A DNA stretch of 64,000 nucleotides from Deltaproteobacteria bacterium (GTDB taxonomy: Bacteria > Myxococcota_A > UBA9160 > SMWR01). The stretch is from the NCBI GenBank assembly GCA_032128115.1, contig JAQBHB010000082.1, positions 1-64,000 on the forward strand, written 5' to 3'. The notes beneath the pieces were generated by a model, which saw only the letters and a program-made list of their open reading frames with translations, made no database searches and was not told the origin of the DNA. Position numbers and translations under genes: made by a program. Shown here piece after piece: positions 26,617 to 37,505 of the stretch (its first letter is position 1; each line of letters opens with the position of its first letter).

Positions 26617-28668
26617 TCAGTTCCGGTTTTCGTCGTCGTCGGGCAGCGACCCCGTGAGATCCATTCCGGATGAATCGAACAGGGCGCCGGACCCGGTTTC
26701 CGTCTCGTCCGGCTCGGAAACGTCCAGGTCCGTCTCGTCGAGATCCGTCTCGACCAGATCGGAAACGTCGAGACCGGTCTCGTCCAGATCCATCTCGTCC
26801 TCGGTCCCGAGGAGCCTGTCGTTCGATGCGAGCGCCCCCCCTGCCCCCAGGGGCACCGGGTCGTTCGGATCGCCGTCGAGAATCTCGATGGAATCGTGGT
26901 CCGCGTCGCCGTCGAGCACGGTGATGGCCCCGTCGTCGGGCAGGGTTTCCAATCCGCTCTCTTCCAACTGCTGCATCCGGGCCTGGTGGAGGTCCACCGC
27001 CGTCACCTTCTTGAGCGCCACTGCCCCGATCATGACCGCGCTCTCGCGGGGATCTTCCGGAGGCGGCGCCAGGGCGTCGCCCAATTCGTCGGTGGCGATC
27101 GTCTCGAGCCGCTGCATGCGCGAGTCATCCATGATGTTCTGGATGTCGCCTTCGGAGAGCCCCGAAGACAGGGAGATCGTCGTCGACGCGTGCTGCCCGG
27201 TTTCGCGATCCTGGGCCGTGACGTTCACGATGCCGTCCGCGTTGATCTCGAAGGTGATGTCGATCTGCACCTCACCGCGGCGAGCTTTCTTGAAGCCCGA
27301 GAACTCGAATTGTCCAAGCAACTCGTTCTCGCCGGTCTGGCGCGACTCCCCCTGGAAGATCTGGATCTTCACCGACGCCTGGTTGTCGCGGAAGGTGGTG
27401 AAGGTGCGCATCTGCTCGATGGGAACCGGGGTGTTCCGCTCGATGATGGACTCGGCCAGTCCACCGGCCACGCCGACGCGCAGGGACAGGGGCGTCACGT
27501 CCAGCAGGTAGGCGCCCTGCACGTTGCTGGCCAGCGAGTTGGCGTAGATGGCGGCGCCCATGGCCACCACCTGGTCCGGGTCCACGTCAGCCTTGGGCTC
27601 CTGCTGGAAATACGCGCACACCGCATTGCGGATCACGGGCAGCCGCGTGGGGCCGCCCACCATGATCACGCCGCCCAGGTCGCGGGCCACCATGCCCGCG
27701 TTCTGGAGCGCCTCGTCGCAGACCTTGAAGGTCCGCTGGATCAGGTCCTTCACGAGTCCGGAGAATTCGTCCTCTGTGATGGTGCGTTCGATGGAGAGGG
27801 GCTGGTCGTTGGCGTCGTGGATCACGTCCGGGATGCGCACTTCGACCTCGGTCTCTACCGAAAGGGCCTTCTTGGCGCCCTCGGCGGCGACCTTCAGCTT
27901 CTCCAGCGCGAAGGGATCGCTGCGCAGGTTGATCCCGTGCTGCTCGGAGAAGTCGTCGGCCAACAGGTCGATCAGGCGGTCGTCGAAGTCATCGCCACCC
28001 AGGAAGGTGTCGCCGCAGGTGGAGAGCACCTCGAAGACGTCCTCGCCGATCTCGAGGACGGAGATATCGAAGGTGCCGCCCCCCAGGTCGTAGACGGCGA
28101 CGCGCTGGCTCAAGCCCTTGCCGAAGCCGTAGGCCAGGGCGGCCGCCGTCGGCTCGTTCAGGATCCGGAGCACCTCCAGGCCCGCGATGCGGCCGGCGTC
28201 GCGGGTGGCCTGGCGCTGGTTGTCATTGAAGTTCGCCGGAACCGTGATCACCGCCTTGTTCACCGGCTGGCCGATCCGGCTCTCGGCAATGGACTTCATC
28301 TCCCGCAACACCATGGCGCCGATCTCGGGCAGCGAGAATTCCTCTCCCCGGGCCTTGATTCGGATGCTGTGGTTCTCGCCCTCGACGATCTCGTAGGCGC
28401 AGATGGCGGAGGCCTTGTTCACCTCTTCGGAGAAGAAGTAACGGCCGATCAGCCGCTTGGCCGATGCGATGGTGTTCGTGGGATCGTGGATGAGGTTGGC
28501 TTTGGCCGAATTGCCCACCGAGATACTGCCATCGGGCCTGAAGGCCACCACGCTGGCCGTGGTCGCCTCGCCGTAGGCATTGGACAGGACATGCAACTCG
28601 CCGTCGCGCATCACGGAGACGCACGAGTTGCTGGTGCCCAGGTCGATTCCGATCGCAATCTCGGCCAT
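26617..28668 (-). CDS. Hsp70/DnaK-family chaperone paralogue with acidic C-terminal tail
   Basis: GIDLGTSNS, TVPANF, NEPTAAALAYG, DLGGGTFD, LGGDDFD, VGGPTR.P, LLDVTPLSL. Confidence 0.95.
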   Translation of the reverse strand: MAEIAIGIDLGTSNSCVSVMRDGELHVLSNAYGEATTASVVAFRPDGSISVGNSAKANLIHDPTNTIASAKRLIGRYFFSEEVNKASAICAYEIVEGENHSIRIKARGEEFSLPEIGAMVLREMKSIAESRIGQPVNKAVITVPANFNDNQRQATRDAGRIAGLEVLRILNEPTAAALAYGFGKGLSQRVAVYDLGGGTFDISVLEIGEDVFEVLSTCGDTFLGGDDFDDRLIDLLADDFSEQHGINLRSDPFALEKLKVAAEGAKKALSVETEVEVRIPDVIHDANDQPLSIERTITEDEFSGLVKDLIQRTFKVCDEALQNAGMVARDLGGVIMVGGPTRLPVIRNAVCAYFQQEPKADVDPDQVVAMGAAIYANSLASNVQGAYLLDVTPLSLRVGVAGGLAESIIERNTPVPIEQMRTFTTFRDNQASVKIQIFQGESRQTGENELLGQFEFSGFKKARRGEVQIDITFEINADGIVNVTAQDRETGQHASTTISLSSGLSEGDIQNIMDDSRMQRLETIATDELGDALAPPPEDPRESAVMIGAVALKKVTAVDLHQARMQQLEESGLETLPDDGAITVLDGDADHDSIEILDGDPNDPVPLGAGGALASNDRLLGTEDEMDLDETGLDVSDLVETDLDETDLDVSEPDETETGSGALFDSSGMDLTGSLPDDDENRN

Positions 28669-28901
28669 GGTTCCCCGCACGCGGGGCCCCCCCCGGTATC
28701 CCTGGTATCGGCAAAAGGGGAGCCCAGCTGAGGCCCTTCAGGCATTTTCATGAGGCACCCGGGGGATTTCGGGCGGCGGCACCGCTGCGATGCCCGGTGC
28801 CTCGTGCTACCTAGGCCGCTGAACTGAGCTCAGGCGCGCTTTGGGGCGCGGATCCCGGCCTCGTCGCCGGCCTCCTTGCACGGGATCCCCCGGGGTTCGA
28901 C

Positions 28902-29651
28902 ATGTCCGGCCATTCCAAGTGGTCCACGATCAAGCGCAAGAAGGGTGTCGCCGACGCCAAGCGGGGCAAGATCTTCACGAAGCTGATCCGCGAGATCGCC
29001 ACGGCCGCCCGCATCGGCGGCGGCGACCCGGCTGCCAATCCGCGCCTGCGCCTGTCCGTGGACAGGGCCCGCGTGGCCAACATGCCCAAGGACAACATCG
29101 AGCGGGCCATCAAGAAGGGCACGGGCGGGGGCGAGGGCGCAGCCTATGAAGAGGTGGTCTACGAGGGCTACGGACCCGGCGGCGCCGCCCTCTACTTGGA
29201 GACCCTCACCGACAACAAGAATCGGACGGTGGGCGAGGTTCGCCACGTGCTCACCAAGTACGGCGGCAACCTGGGGGCCAGCGGCTGTGTGGCCTACCTG
29301 TTCGAGAAGCGCGGGCTGATCAGCTTCGACCGCGACGGCCTCGATGCGGACGCCCTGCTGGAGGCGGCCCTGGAAGCCGGGGCCGAGGACGTGGAGGAGG
29401 GGGACGACGCCATCGAGGTAGTGGCCACCCTCGCCGGGTTCGAGCAGACCCGCCGGGAACTCGCGAGGCGCGGCTTCCAGCCTGCCAGCGCCGCGATCAG
29501 CATGGAACCCAGCACGAAGGTTCGCCTGGAAGGGTCCGTGGCCGAGTCCATGCTGCGCCTCAGCGACGCCCTGGAAGATCTGGACGATGTCCAGAACGTG
29601 TACGCCAACTTCGACATCTCCGACGCGGAGATGGCCCGGATCGCCGGCTGA
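28902..29651 (+). CDS. yebC: YebC/PmpR family protein
   Basis: [38 protein letters not shown]; directly upstream of ruvC. Confidence 0.97.
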   Translation: MSGHSKWSTIKRKKGVADAKRGKIFTKLIREIATAARIGGGDPAANPRLRLSVDRARVANMPKDNIERAIKKGTGGGEGAAYEEVVYEGYGPGGAALYLETLTDNKNRTVGEVRHVLTKYGGNLGASGCVAYLFEKRGLISFDRDGLDADALLEAALEAGAEDVEEGDDAIEVVATLAGFEQTRRELARRGFQPASAAISMEPSTKVRLEGSVAESMLRLSDALEDLDDVQNVYANFDISDAEMARIAG

Positions 29652-29758
29652 CCTAGACTCCGCGCACCCCCCAAGGCTTGTCGTCCGGCGGCGCTCTGCC
29701 GAGGTCCCTGCCAAGGGGCCCTGCCACGGCCGAAAAACGGTGGAAAAGCGGGGGGGTC

Positions 29759-30307
29759 ATGCGGATTCTGGGGATCGATCCCGGCTCGGTGGTGACGGGC
29801 TTCGGAGTCGTGGACCACGTGGAGGGACGTCTGGTGCACGTGGCGTCCGGCACCGTGCGGCCGCGGCGGACGGGTTCACCGGCGGCGCGCCTCGACGAGA
29901 TCTACCGCGCCCTTCACGGGGTGATCCGGGACCACACCCCCGACGTGGCGGCGGTGGAGCAGGTTTTCGTGGCGGCTAGCCCCCACTCGGCTCTGGTGCT
30001 GGGGCAGGCCCGGGGCGCGGCACTGGCAGCCATCGGCGGCTGCGGGGTGGCGTTGACCGAGTACGCGGCCACCCGCATCAAGCAGGCCGTCACCGGCAGC
30101 GGGCGAGCGGGCAAGCGTCAGGTCCAGACCATGGTGCGCCGGCTCCTGGTCCTGGACCACTCTCCCCCGGTGGATGCCTGCGATGCCCTGGCGGCCGCCA
30201 TCTGTCACGCCCAATCGCGCCGTCTGGTTTCGCTGGGCGCGGCGCCGAAGCGTCCGCGGCGGTTCACCCTGCGGGAGGTGCAGGCGCGCGCCAGGCGCAG
30301 CCCGTGA
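29759..30307 (+). CDS. ruvC: Holliday junction resolvase RuvC
   Basis: ILGIDPG, AVEQVF, LGQARG, K.AVTG.G.A.K.QV, DA.DALA.AICH. Confidence 0.97.
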   Translation: MRILGIDPGSVVTGFGVVDHVEGRLVHVASGTVRPRRTGSPAARLDEIYRALHGVIRDHTPDVAAVEQVFVAASPHSALVLGQARGAALAAIGGCGVALTEYAATRIKQAVTGSGRAGKRQVQTMVRRLLVLDHSPPVDACDALAAAICHAQSRRLVSLGAAPKRPRRFTLREVQARARRSP

Positions 30308-30920
30308 TCGCACGACTGGAGGGCGTGCTGCTGGAGCTGGCCCCGACCCGCATCGTCGTCGACGTGAGCGGGGTGGGTTACGAGGTTTTCGTCCCGCTCT
30401 CCACGTTCGCCGAGCTTCCCGATCCGGGGAAGTCCGTGGCGCTCCAGATTCACACCCATGCTCGCGAAGGGGCGATCCAGCTGTTCGGATTCCACTCCAC
30501 GGCGGAGCGGGTTGCATTCGAGCTGTTGCTGCGGGCCAGCCGTGTGGGACCCAAGCTGGCCCAGACGATTCTCTCCGGCATCTCGCCGCGGGAGCTGCTC
30601 GACGCCATCCGGTCCGGCAATCTGGCGGTCCTGCGCGCGGCGCCCGGCGTGGGCACCAAGGTGGCCGAGAGGATCCTGGTGGAGCTGCGCGACCGGGTCC
30701 ACGAGCTGGCCGCGGCGGTGACGCCCGAGGCAGGCGAGGCCGCGCCGGCCAACGGCTCGCTCGCGGGGTTGCGACTCCGGGACCAGACCCTGTCGGCGCT
30801 CGTCAATCTCGGCTACCCGAAGGCCCAGGCGGAGCGGGCGGTGGAGGCGGTCGGCGGCGACGTCGATCCGGATGCGAGCCTGGAGACCTGGGTGCGCCTG
30901 TCTTTGCGGAGGCTTGCCCG

Positions 30921-30924
<4 letters not shown>
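30304..30924 (+). CDS. ruvA: Holliday junction branch migration protein RuvA
   Basis: MIARLEG, GVGYEV, VGPKLA, PGVG.K.AERI..EL, AL..LGY. Confidence 0.97.
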
Positions 30925-31948
<1,024 letters not shown>

Positions 31949-31952
<4 letters not shown>

Positions 31953-33508
31953 GGGCCGACGACGTCTGCGTCGGCTTCGAAGGCGCGCAGGGCGGGTCTC
32001 GTACCGGGAAGGGTTCCGCGATTGCGCATCACGCGCACGGTTCCCTGGCCGTCGCGCGGATCCCAGAGCATCAGGTCGTCAAGGCCATCACCGTCCAGGT
32101 CGCCCACCGCGTACTCGGTGGCACCGCTCAGATCCTGCTCCGCCACGGGCGAGCCGAAGCGCGGCCCCTCGGGCCCCTGGGCGCCGAGTCGGATCCCCAA
32201 CTGCCGGGCCCCGACCCCGTACAGGAGATCGGGTCGGCCATCGCCGTTCCAGTCGCCGTCCACGTTGGGCAGGATGTCGGCGATGCGACCCCGGGCCAGG
32301 TCGAGCCGCAGGGTGACACTGCCCTCCCAGGTTCGCTGGAACTTCCCGGCCGATGCGTCGACGCTGTAGGTGGCCAGCTCGAGTTGGGTGCTCCGTGATG
32401 TGAGCATCCGGAACACCTGGCCGATGCCGAACTTCAGGCTGGTCTGCAGGAACTCGGGTCGGCCGTCGCCGTCGAGGTCCATCACTCGGATCGACGCCAT
32501 GCCCGTGTCCATCGCCAGGCGCAGGTCGGGGCCCCCGTCGAGCGAGACGCCGTCGCCGCGGTTGCGGTAGACCTCGGTCAGGTGGTGGCTGCCGATCAGG
32601 GTGCCGGCGCCCGTGTCCACCAGCAGATCCGCAATCCCGTCGCCGTCCACGTCGCCGGCCAGGGTGCGGATGCCGGTGGTGTCGTGACGCAGCTCCTCGT
32701 CGGCATCGAAGGGTCGCAGGACCAGGCGCCGGGACGGCTGAGCCGGCAGCCCGTCGGGCCCCATGTGATAGATCCAGACGGCGTAGCGCGACAGGGCGAA
32801 CAGGTCGTCGAGTCCGTCGCCATTGTCGTCCGCCAGCTTCAGGTGGGGCCACTGGATCTCGGCGGTGAGCAGGCCGTCGTGGGCCGGGGGATCGCTGTCG
32901 GGGGTGCGGTAGTGGGCCAGGAGGGGCAGGGCCACGGGGCGCGTTTCGCGGCCATCGAAATCCACGAGCAGACCGCCGCCCGCCGTGGGCACCAGCGCAA
33001 GGGGTCGGCCGTTGCCGTTCCAGGCGTCTACCAGGTGCATGCGCGAGAGTTCCCGGGTGCGGGCCGGTAGCGGCGCCGGGAAGGGGAGCGCGATCGTGCG
33101 GTTGCGCGCCGGATCGCGCGGCACCCGGATCTCGAGGGCCGCAGCACTCAGCAACACGATTTCGAAGCCCGGCGCCGGGTCCACGTCCGCCACGTCGAAG
33201 GCCACCACGGGTTCGGGAATCGGGATCTGCTCGCCAATCCCGGTCGGGAGCCCCGGGACCGGCTCGCAGGCGAAGACCGTGAGGCTCCGTTCCTCATCCG
33301 GCGGATGGCCCCGAACCGAGGCCGCCAGCCAACCCTGGGCATCTGGGGCGCATCGGCCCAGCGGGGCCGGAACCACTTGGAGAACCCGGCCCGGCAGTTG
33401 GATCTGCGTTTCCTCGAATGGCTGCTTCTCGACCGCCGCGAGGCCGGTCAGGGCGGCGACGATCACAAGGGCGATCCGGAGCGGAGATGCCCTGCGGGGA
33501 GGGGTCAC
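31949..33508 (-). CDS. Exported FG-GAP/VCBS-repeat protein
   Basis: Signal peptide; repeated Dx(D/N)GDGxxD Ca-binding loops ([45 protein letters not shown]). Confidence 0.85.
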
Positions 33509-33551
33509 GAATGCGCAGTTTAGGCGAGCCCGCGGCCGTCTGAACGATCAA

Positions 33552-33596
33552 AGCGAGGTCTGGGTGCTCATAGCGAGGTCTGGACGCTCATAGCGG
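33552..33596. repeat. Imperfect 20-bp tandem direct repeat in divergent promoter region
   Basis: AGCGAGGTCTGGGTGCTCAT / AGCGAGGTCTGGACGCTCAT / AGCGG. Confidence 0.9.
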
Positions 33597-33698
33597 AAAC
33601 GGGCTTCGCCGATACGACAAGAGCCGGCGCTGCGGGCAGCGACCCGGCACTGCGCCCCACATGCGGGGGGGAGGCATTTCGGGAGCAGCGTGCGTTTG

Positions 33699-36260
33699 AT
33701 GGGTCGCATCGTGTTGATGGGATTCGCGGTGATGGCCCTGGCGGTGGGGGCCGTGGCCCTGGGGATCGCGTACGCCCCCGAGCAGTCGCTGGTGGCGGCG
33801 GTCCAGGATGGCGTGCTTCGCGGAGCGGCCTCGCTGGTTTCGTCCGGATCGCTGGGCCTGTCCGAGGACCTGCCCACGCGCCTCCAGTCGGCTCTCCAGG
33901 GGCCGCTGTTGCGCTTCGGTGCGTCAGGCGTGGGCGTGCTGTTGCTGATTCTCGGCCTGTTGCCCGGCGGCGGCGGCAGCCCATCGGATCCCAGCGCACC
34001 GGTACCCGAGATCGACGAACGCATCGTCACCGACAAGCGCATACTCAGGAAGGCACGCAAGCTCGCGTCGGCAACGGCCCGACGCGGCCAGCCCGACGAA
34101 GCGGCCGAGATCTGCTTCGCCAACGGTCTCATGGACGAGGCCGCCGGGTACTTCGTCGATGCCCAGGAGTTCGTGCGCGCCGCCGAGATCCGGCACGATC
34201 AGAATCGCTTCCGCGAAGCGGCCGAACTCTATCTGAAGGGCGGCAGGCCCGAGTCGGCGGGGGTGATCTTCGGCCAGGAGGGGGAGCACCTGCGCGCGGC
34301 CGAGGCGTATCTGGAGGCGGGCGATCAGTCGGTGGCCGCCGAGATGTTCGAGCAGGCCGAGGATTTCGAGCGCGCGGCAACCTGCTACGAAGAATCGGGC
34401 TTCGCGCGCCACGCGGCTCAGGCCTACGTGAGCTGCAAGAAGTGGGAGCGGGCCGCCGCCTGTCTGGAGGAGGTGATCCGCGACGAGGGCTCCGGCGCGG
34501 CATCGCTGACCCCCCAGAAGCAGATCGAACTCGGCAAGCTGGTGCGCATGACCGGGGATCTGTACGCCCGGGCCGGCCGAAACAACAAGGCCGAGGCCGT
34601 GCTCGAGGCCGGCGGCTGCTTCCTGGAGGCGGGAGAGATCGCCCTGCGCAACGGGCGCGAGTCGAAGGCCGCCGACCTGTTCCTGAAGGGCAAGCAGCCC
34701 ATGCGCGCGGCGGACGTGCTGCGGAGCCTGGGTGAGGAGCAGACCGCGTCTCGGGTGATCGCCGAGTACCACCGCGATCGCGGTGAAGACGAGCCGGCGG
34801 CGCGTTTCTTCGAGGACGCGGGCGAGCATCTGGCCGCCGCCGACCTCTACCGCTCGCTCGAAAACTACGAGCGCGCTGCCGAGTGCTACGAGCGGCAGGG
34901 AGATTCGGCCCAGGCCGCTGAAATGTTCCGGGTGATGGGGGAGCGGTCGCGCGCCGCCGAGAACTACGAGCGGGCCGGCCAGTTCGCCGACGCCGCCGAG
35001 TGCTACGCCCTGGCCGGCGAGGACGAGAAGGAGGCCGAGCTGCTGGTTCGCGCCGGCGACTTCATGCGCGCCGGAGAGATCCACCATCGCGGCGGCCGCG
35101 ACGACGAAGCCATCAGCGTGCTGCAGCAGATCGAATCCGGGCGCCCCGACTACGCGGCGGCCTCGGCGCTGTTGGGCGAGATCTTCCGCGAGCGGGGGAT
35201 GCTCTCGGTGGCCCTCACCAAGCTCAAGGCCGCGACCGAGGGCCAGGAGATCTCGCGCGAGAACATCCGCGCCTTCTACAGCCTGGCCACAGCCCACGAG
35301 GCCGGCGAGGAGATCGAGCAAGCCGGCGCGCTCTACGAGAAGATCCTGGCTTGCGACTACCACTTCCAGGATGTGGAAGAGCGCCTGGAGCAGATCCGCG
35401 GGATCCTGAAGAGCCAGACGGCTCCCACCCGCTCGGCGCCCGGGGGCTCCATGGGCGGAAACTCGGCGCACGAGGGCCGCTACCGCATCACCGGCACCCT
35501 GGGTCGGGGCGGTATGGGCATCGTCTACAAGGCCAAGGACTCGGTGCTCGACCGCATCGTGGCGCTCAAGGTCTTGCCCGAGGCGCTCAAGGAGAATCCC
35601 CAGGCGCTCAAGAACTTCCTGCGCGAGGCCAAGAGTGCGGCGCAGCTCAATCACCCCAACATCGTGACGGTCTACGACGCCGGCGAGCAGGACGGCGTCT
35701 ACTACATCGCCATGGAGTATGTCGATGGGAAGACGCTCAAGGAGATCGTAAAGCGGCGCGGCAAGATTGCAGCCAGTGGCGCGGTGCGCGTCATGGCCCA
35801 GCTGTGCGAGGCGCTGGCCTACGCACATGACCACAAGATCGTGCACCGGGACGTCAAGAACGCCAACATCATGTGGACGCGGGACAAGAAGTCCAAGGTG
35901 ATGGACTTCGGCCTGGCGAAGGTGATCGAGGAGGTGCGGGGTCACACCACCGTCGTCTCCGGGACCCCGTACTACATGAGCCCCGAGCAGACGCTGGGCA
36001 AGAACGTGGACCATCGCACCGACATCTACTCGCTTGGCGTCAGCATGTTCGAGCTGGCCACGGGTCTGCTTCCGTTCCGCGAGGGCAACCTCCCGTACCA
36101 CCACGTGCACACGCCGCCGCCGGATCCCCGCGACGTGGATCCGGAGATGCCGGAGGGGCTCGCCTCCATCATCAATCGCTGTCTGGAGAAGGATCCGGAC
36201 AACCGCTACCAGACCACGCGCGAGATCCTGGCTGAGCTCAAGAACGCCCTCCCCAGCTGA
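33699..36260 (+). CDS. Membrane-anchored Hanks-type Ser/Thr kinase with long TPR/SNAP-like repeat region
   Basis: Two N-terminal hydrophobic helices; many (RA)AE.(Y/F)..AG repeats; GRGGMG, VALK, HRDVK, DFG, GTPYYMSPE, D.YSLG. Confidence 0.93.
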   Translation: MGRIVLMGFAVMALAVGAVALGIAYAPEQSLVAAVQDGVLRGAASLVSSGSLGLSEDLPTRLQSALQGPLLRFGASGVGVLLLILGLLPGGGGSPSDPSAPVPEIDERIVTDKRILRKARKLASATARRGQPDEAAEICFANGLMDEAAGYFVDAQEFVRAAEIRHDQNRFREAAELYLKGGRPESAGVIFGQEGEHLRAAEAYLEAGDQSVAAEMFEQAEDFERAATCYEESGFARHAAQAYVSCKKWERAAACLEEVIRDEGSGAASLTPQKQIELGKLVRMTGDLYARAGRNNKAEAVLEAGGCFLEAGEIALRNGRESKAADLFLKGKQPMRAADVLRSLGEEQTASRVIAEYHRDRGEDEPAARFFEDAGEHLAAADLYRSLENYERAAECYERQGDSAQAAEMFRVMGERSRAAENYERAGQFADAAECYALAGEDEKEAELLVRAGDFMRAGEIHHRGGRDDEAISVLQQIESGRPDYAAASALLGEIFRERGMLSVALTKLKAATEGQEISRENIRAFYSLATAHEAGEEIEQAGALYEKILACDYHFQDVEERLEQIRGILKSQTAPTRSAPGGSMGGNSAHEGRYRITGTLGRGGMGIVYKAKDSVLDRIVALKVLPEALKENPQALKNFLREAKSAAQLNHPNIVTVYDAGEQDGVYYIAMEYVDGKTLKEIVKRRGKIAASGAVRVMAQLCEALAYAHDHKIVHRDVKNANIMWTRDKKSKVMDFGLAKVIEEVRGHTTVVSGTPYYMSPEQTLGKNVDHRTDIYSLGVSMFELATGLLPFREGNLPYHHVHTPPPDPRDVDPEMPEGLASIINRCLEKDPDNRYQTTREILAELKNALPS

Positions 36261-36290
36261 GCCGGGGCCTACACCAACGGGCGGCACACT

Positions 36291-36390
36291 CGTGACCGGA
36301 CCGTCACGGGACGTGACGTTTCCGTCACGGATCCGGTGTCCGCCCTGGTCCCGATCCAGGTCTGGGCCCGTTATGGTGATCCAGGTCACC
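36291..36390. promoter_or_regulatory. Tandem palindromic sites (candidate enhancer/UAS) upstream of lpxC
   Basis: CGTGAC-N6-GTCACG at 36291-36308 and 36312-36329 (21-bp period); GGTGA-N6-TCACC at 36375-36390. Confidence 0.65.
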
Positions 36391-36441
36391 GGATTCAAAG
36401 GGGAAAAATCGGAAAAAGAAACGACGGCTCGGAGGTCGCTT

Positions 36442-36457
36442 CGGCACGAGCCTTGCT
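36442..36457 (+). promoter_or_regulatory. Sigma54 (-24/-12) promoter
   Basis: CGGCACG-AGCC-TTGCT matches YGGCACG-N4-TTGCW with exact GG-N10-GC spacing; intergenic and oriented toward lpxC. Confidence 0.75.
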
Positions 36458-36553
36458 ACTCCGAGGCCGCGACCGGATTGGCCTCGGGTGCCCGGTGCCG
36501 GCGTTGGGGCGCAGGTATCGGATACAGGGTCGGTTACGCCCGAGGCCGATCCG

Positions 36554-36587
36554 GTTGGGGGGGGACTCGTGTTGGGGGGGAACTCGT
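36554..36587. repeat. 17-bp tandem duplication with poly-G tracts spanning the lpxC RBS/start
   Basis: GTT-G8-ACTCGT / GTT-G7-AACTCGT. Confidence 0.85.
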
Positions 36588-37491
36588 GAGACAGCAAACC
36601 ATCGCGGAAAAGGTCTCGTGCACGGGCATCGGATTCCACAGCGGGGTTCCGGTGCAGGTGACCCTGCATCCGGCACCGCCGGACAGCGGGATCGTCTTCG
36701 TGCGCACCGATGGCGTGCATCCGGTGGAGATTCCGGCGCGTCCCTCCGCGGTCGTCGCGTCGCGCCATGCCACCTGCCTGGGGCGGGGCGACGCGATCAT
36801 CAGGACGGTCGAGCATCTCCTGTCCGCGCTCTACGGTCTTGGGGTCGACAACGTGCGCATCGAGATCGACGGGTCGGAGCTGCCCGTGATGGACGGCAGC
36901 GCGGCCTCGTACGTGTATCTGATCCGTTCGGCGGGGCTGTTTGCCCAGCGCGAGCCGCGTTGCACGCTACGGATGCGCCGGCGCGTCGAGGTCTGTGAGG
37001 GCGACCGGCGTATCAGCATCGAGCCCGCGCGATCGTTCCAGGTTTCGTACTCGGTGGAGGTCGATCACCCGGCCATCGGGCGCCAGGAGTTCCGGGTCCG
37101 CTCGCTGGATCCGGAGCGGTTCGAGCGCGAGCTTTCGGCCGCTCGCACGTTCGGGTTCGTGTCGGACGCGGGGGCGCCGGGTAGCGCGGCCGCTGGCCGC
37201 GCGGGCTCGCTGGACCACGCCGTACTGCTGGACAAAGAGGGCGTGGTGAGCGGCGGGGGATTGCGCTGGCCCGATGAGTTCGTGCGGCACAAGGTCGTGG
37301 ATCTCCTGGGCGACCTGGCGCTGCTTGGTGTGCCGATCCAGGGACACGTCCGCGTGGAACGGGGAGGGCACCGTCTGCACCATCAGCTGCTGGCCGCGCT
37401 GGAGAACGATCCGGACACCTGGTACGTCCACGACCCGGATCCGGCCCGGCGCGCCGGGTTGCACCTGATCCCGGCGGCTCGTACCGCCTAG
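36586..37491 (+). CDS. lpxC: UDP-3-O-acyl-N-acetylglucosamine deacetylase
   Basis: QQTI....GIG.HSG, TVEHLLSAL.GLG.DN, P.MDGSA, ARTFGF, DEFVRHK..D..GDL, GH. Confidence 0.93.
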   Translation: MRQQTIAEKVSCTGIGFHSGVPVQVTLHPAPPDSGIVFVRTDGVHPVEIPARPSAVVASRHATCLGRGDAIIRTVEHLLSALYGLGVDNVRIEIDGSELPVMDGSAASYVYLIRSAGLFAQREPRCTLRMRRRVEVCEGDRRISIEPARSFQVSYSVEVDHPAIGRQEFRVRSLDPERFERELSAARTFGFVSDAGAPGSAAAGRAGSLDHAVLLDKEGVVSGGGLRWPDEFVRHKVVDLLGDLALLGVPIQGHVRVERGGHRLHHQLLAALENDPDTWYVHDPDPARRAGLHLIPAARTA

Positions 37492-37505
37492 GGGCCCGAC
37501 CGCTC

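Noticed and set aside
26617..28668. Housekeeping dnaK
   Set aside because: No grpE, hrcA or class A dnaJ nearby and the C-terminus is atypical; treated as a paralogue.
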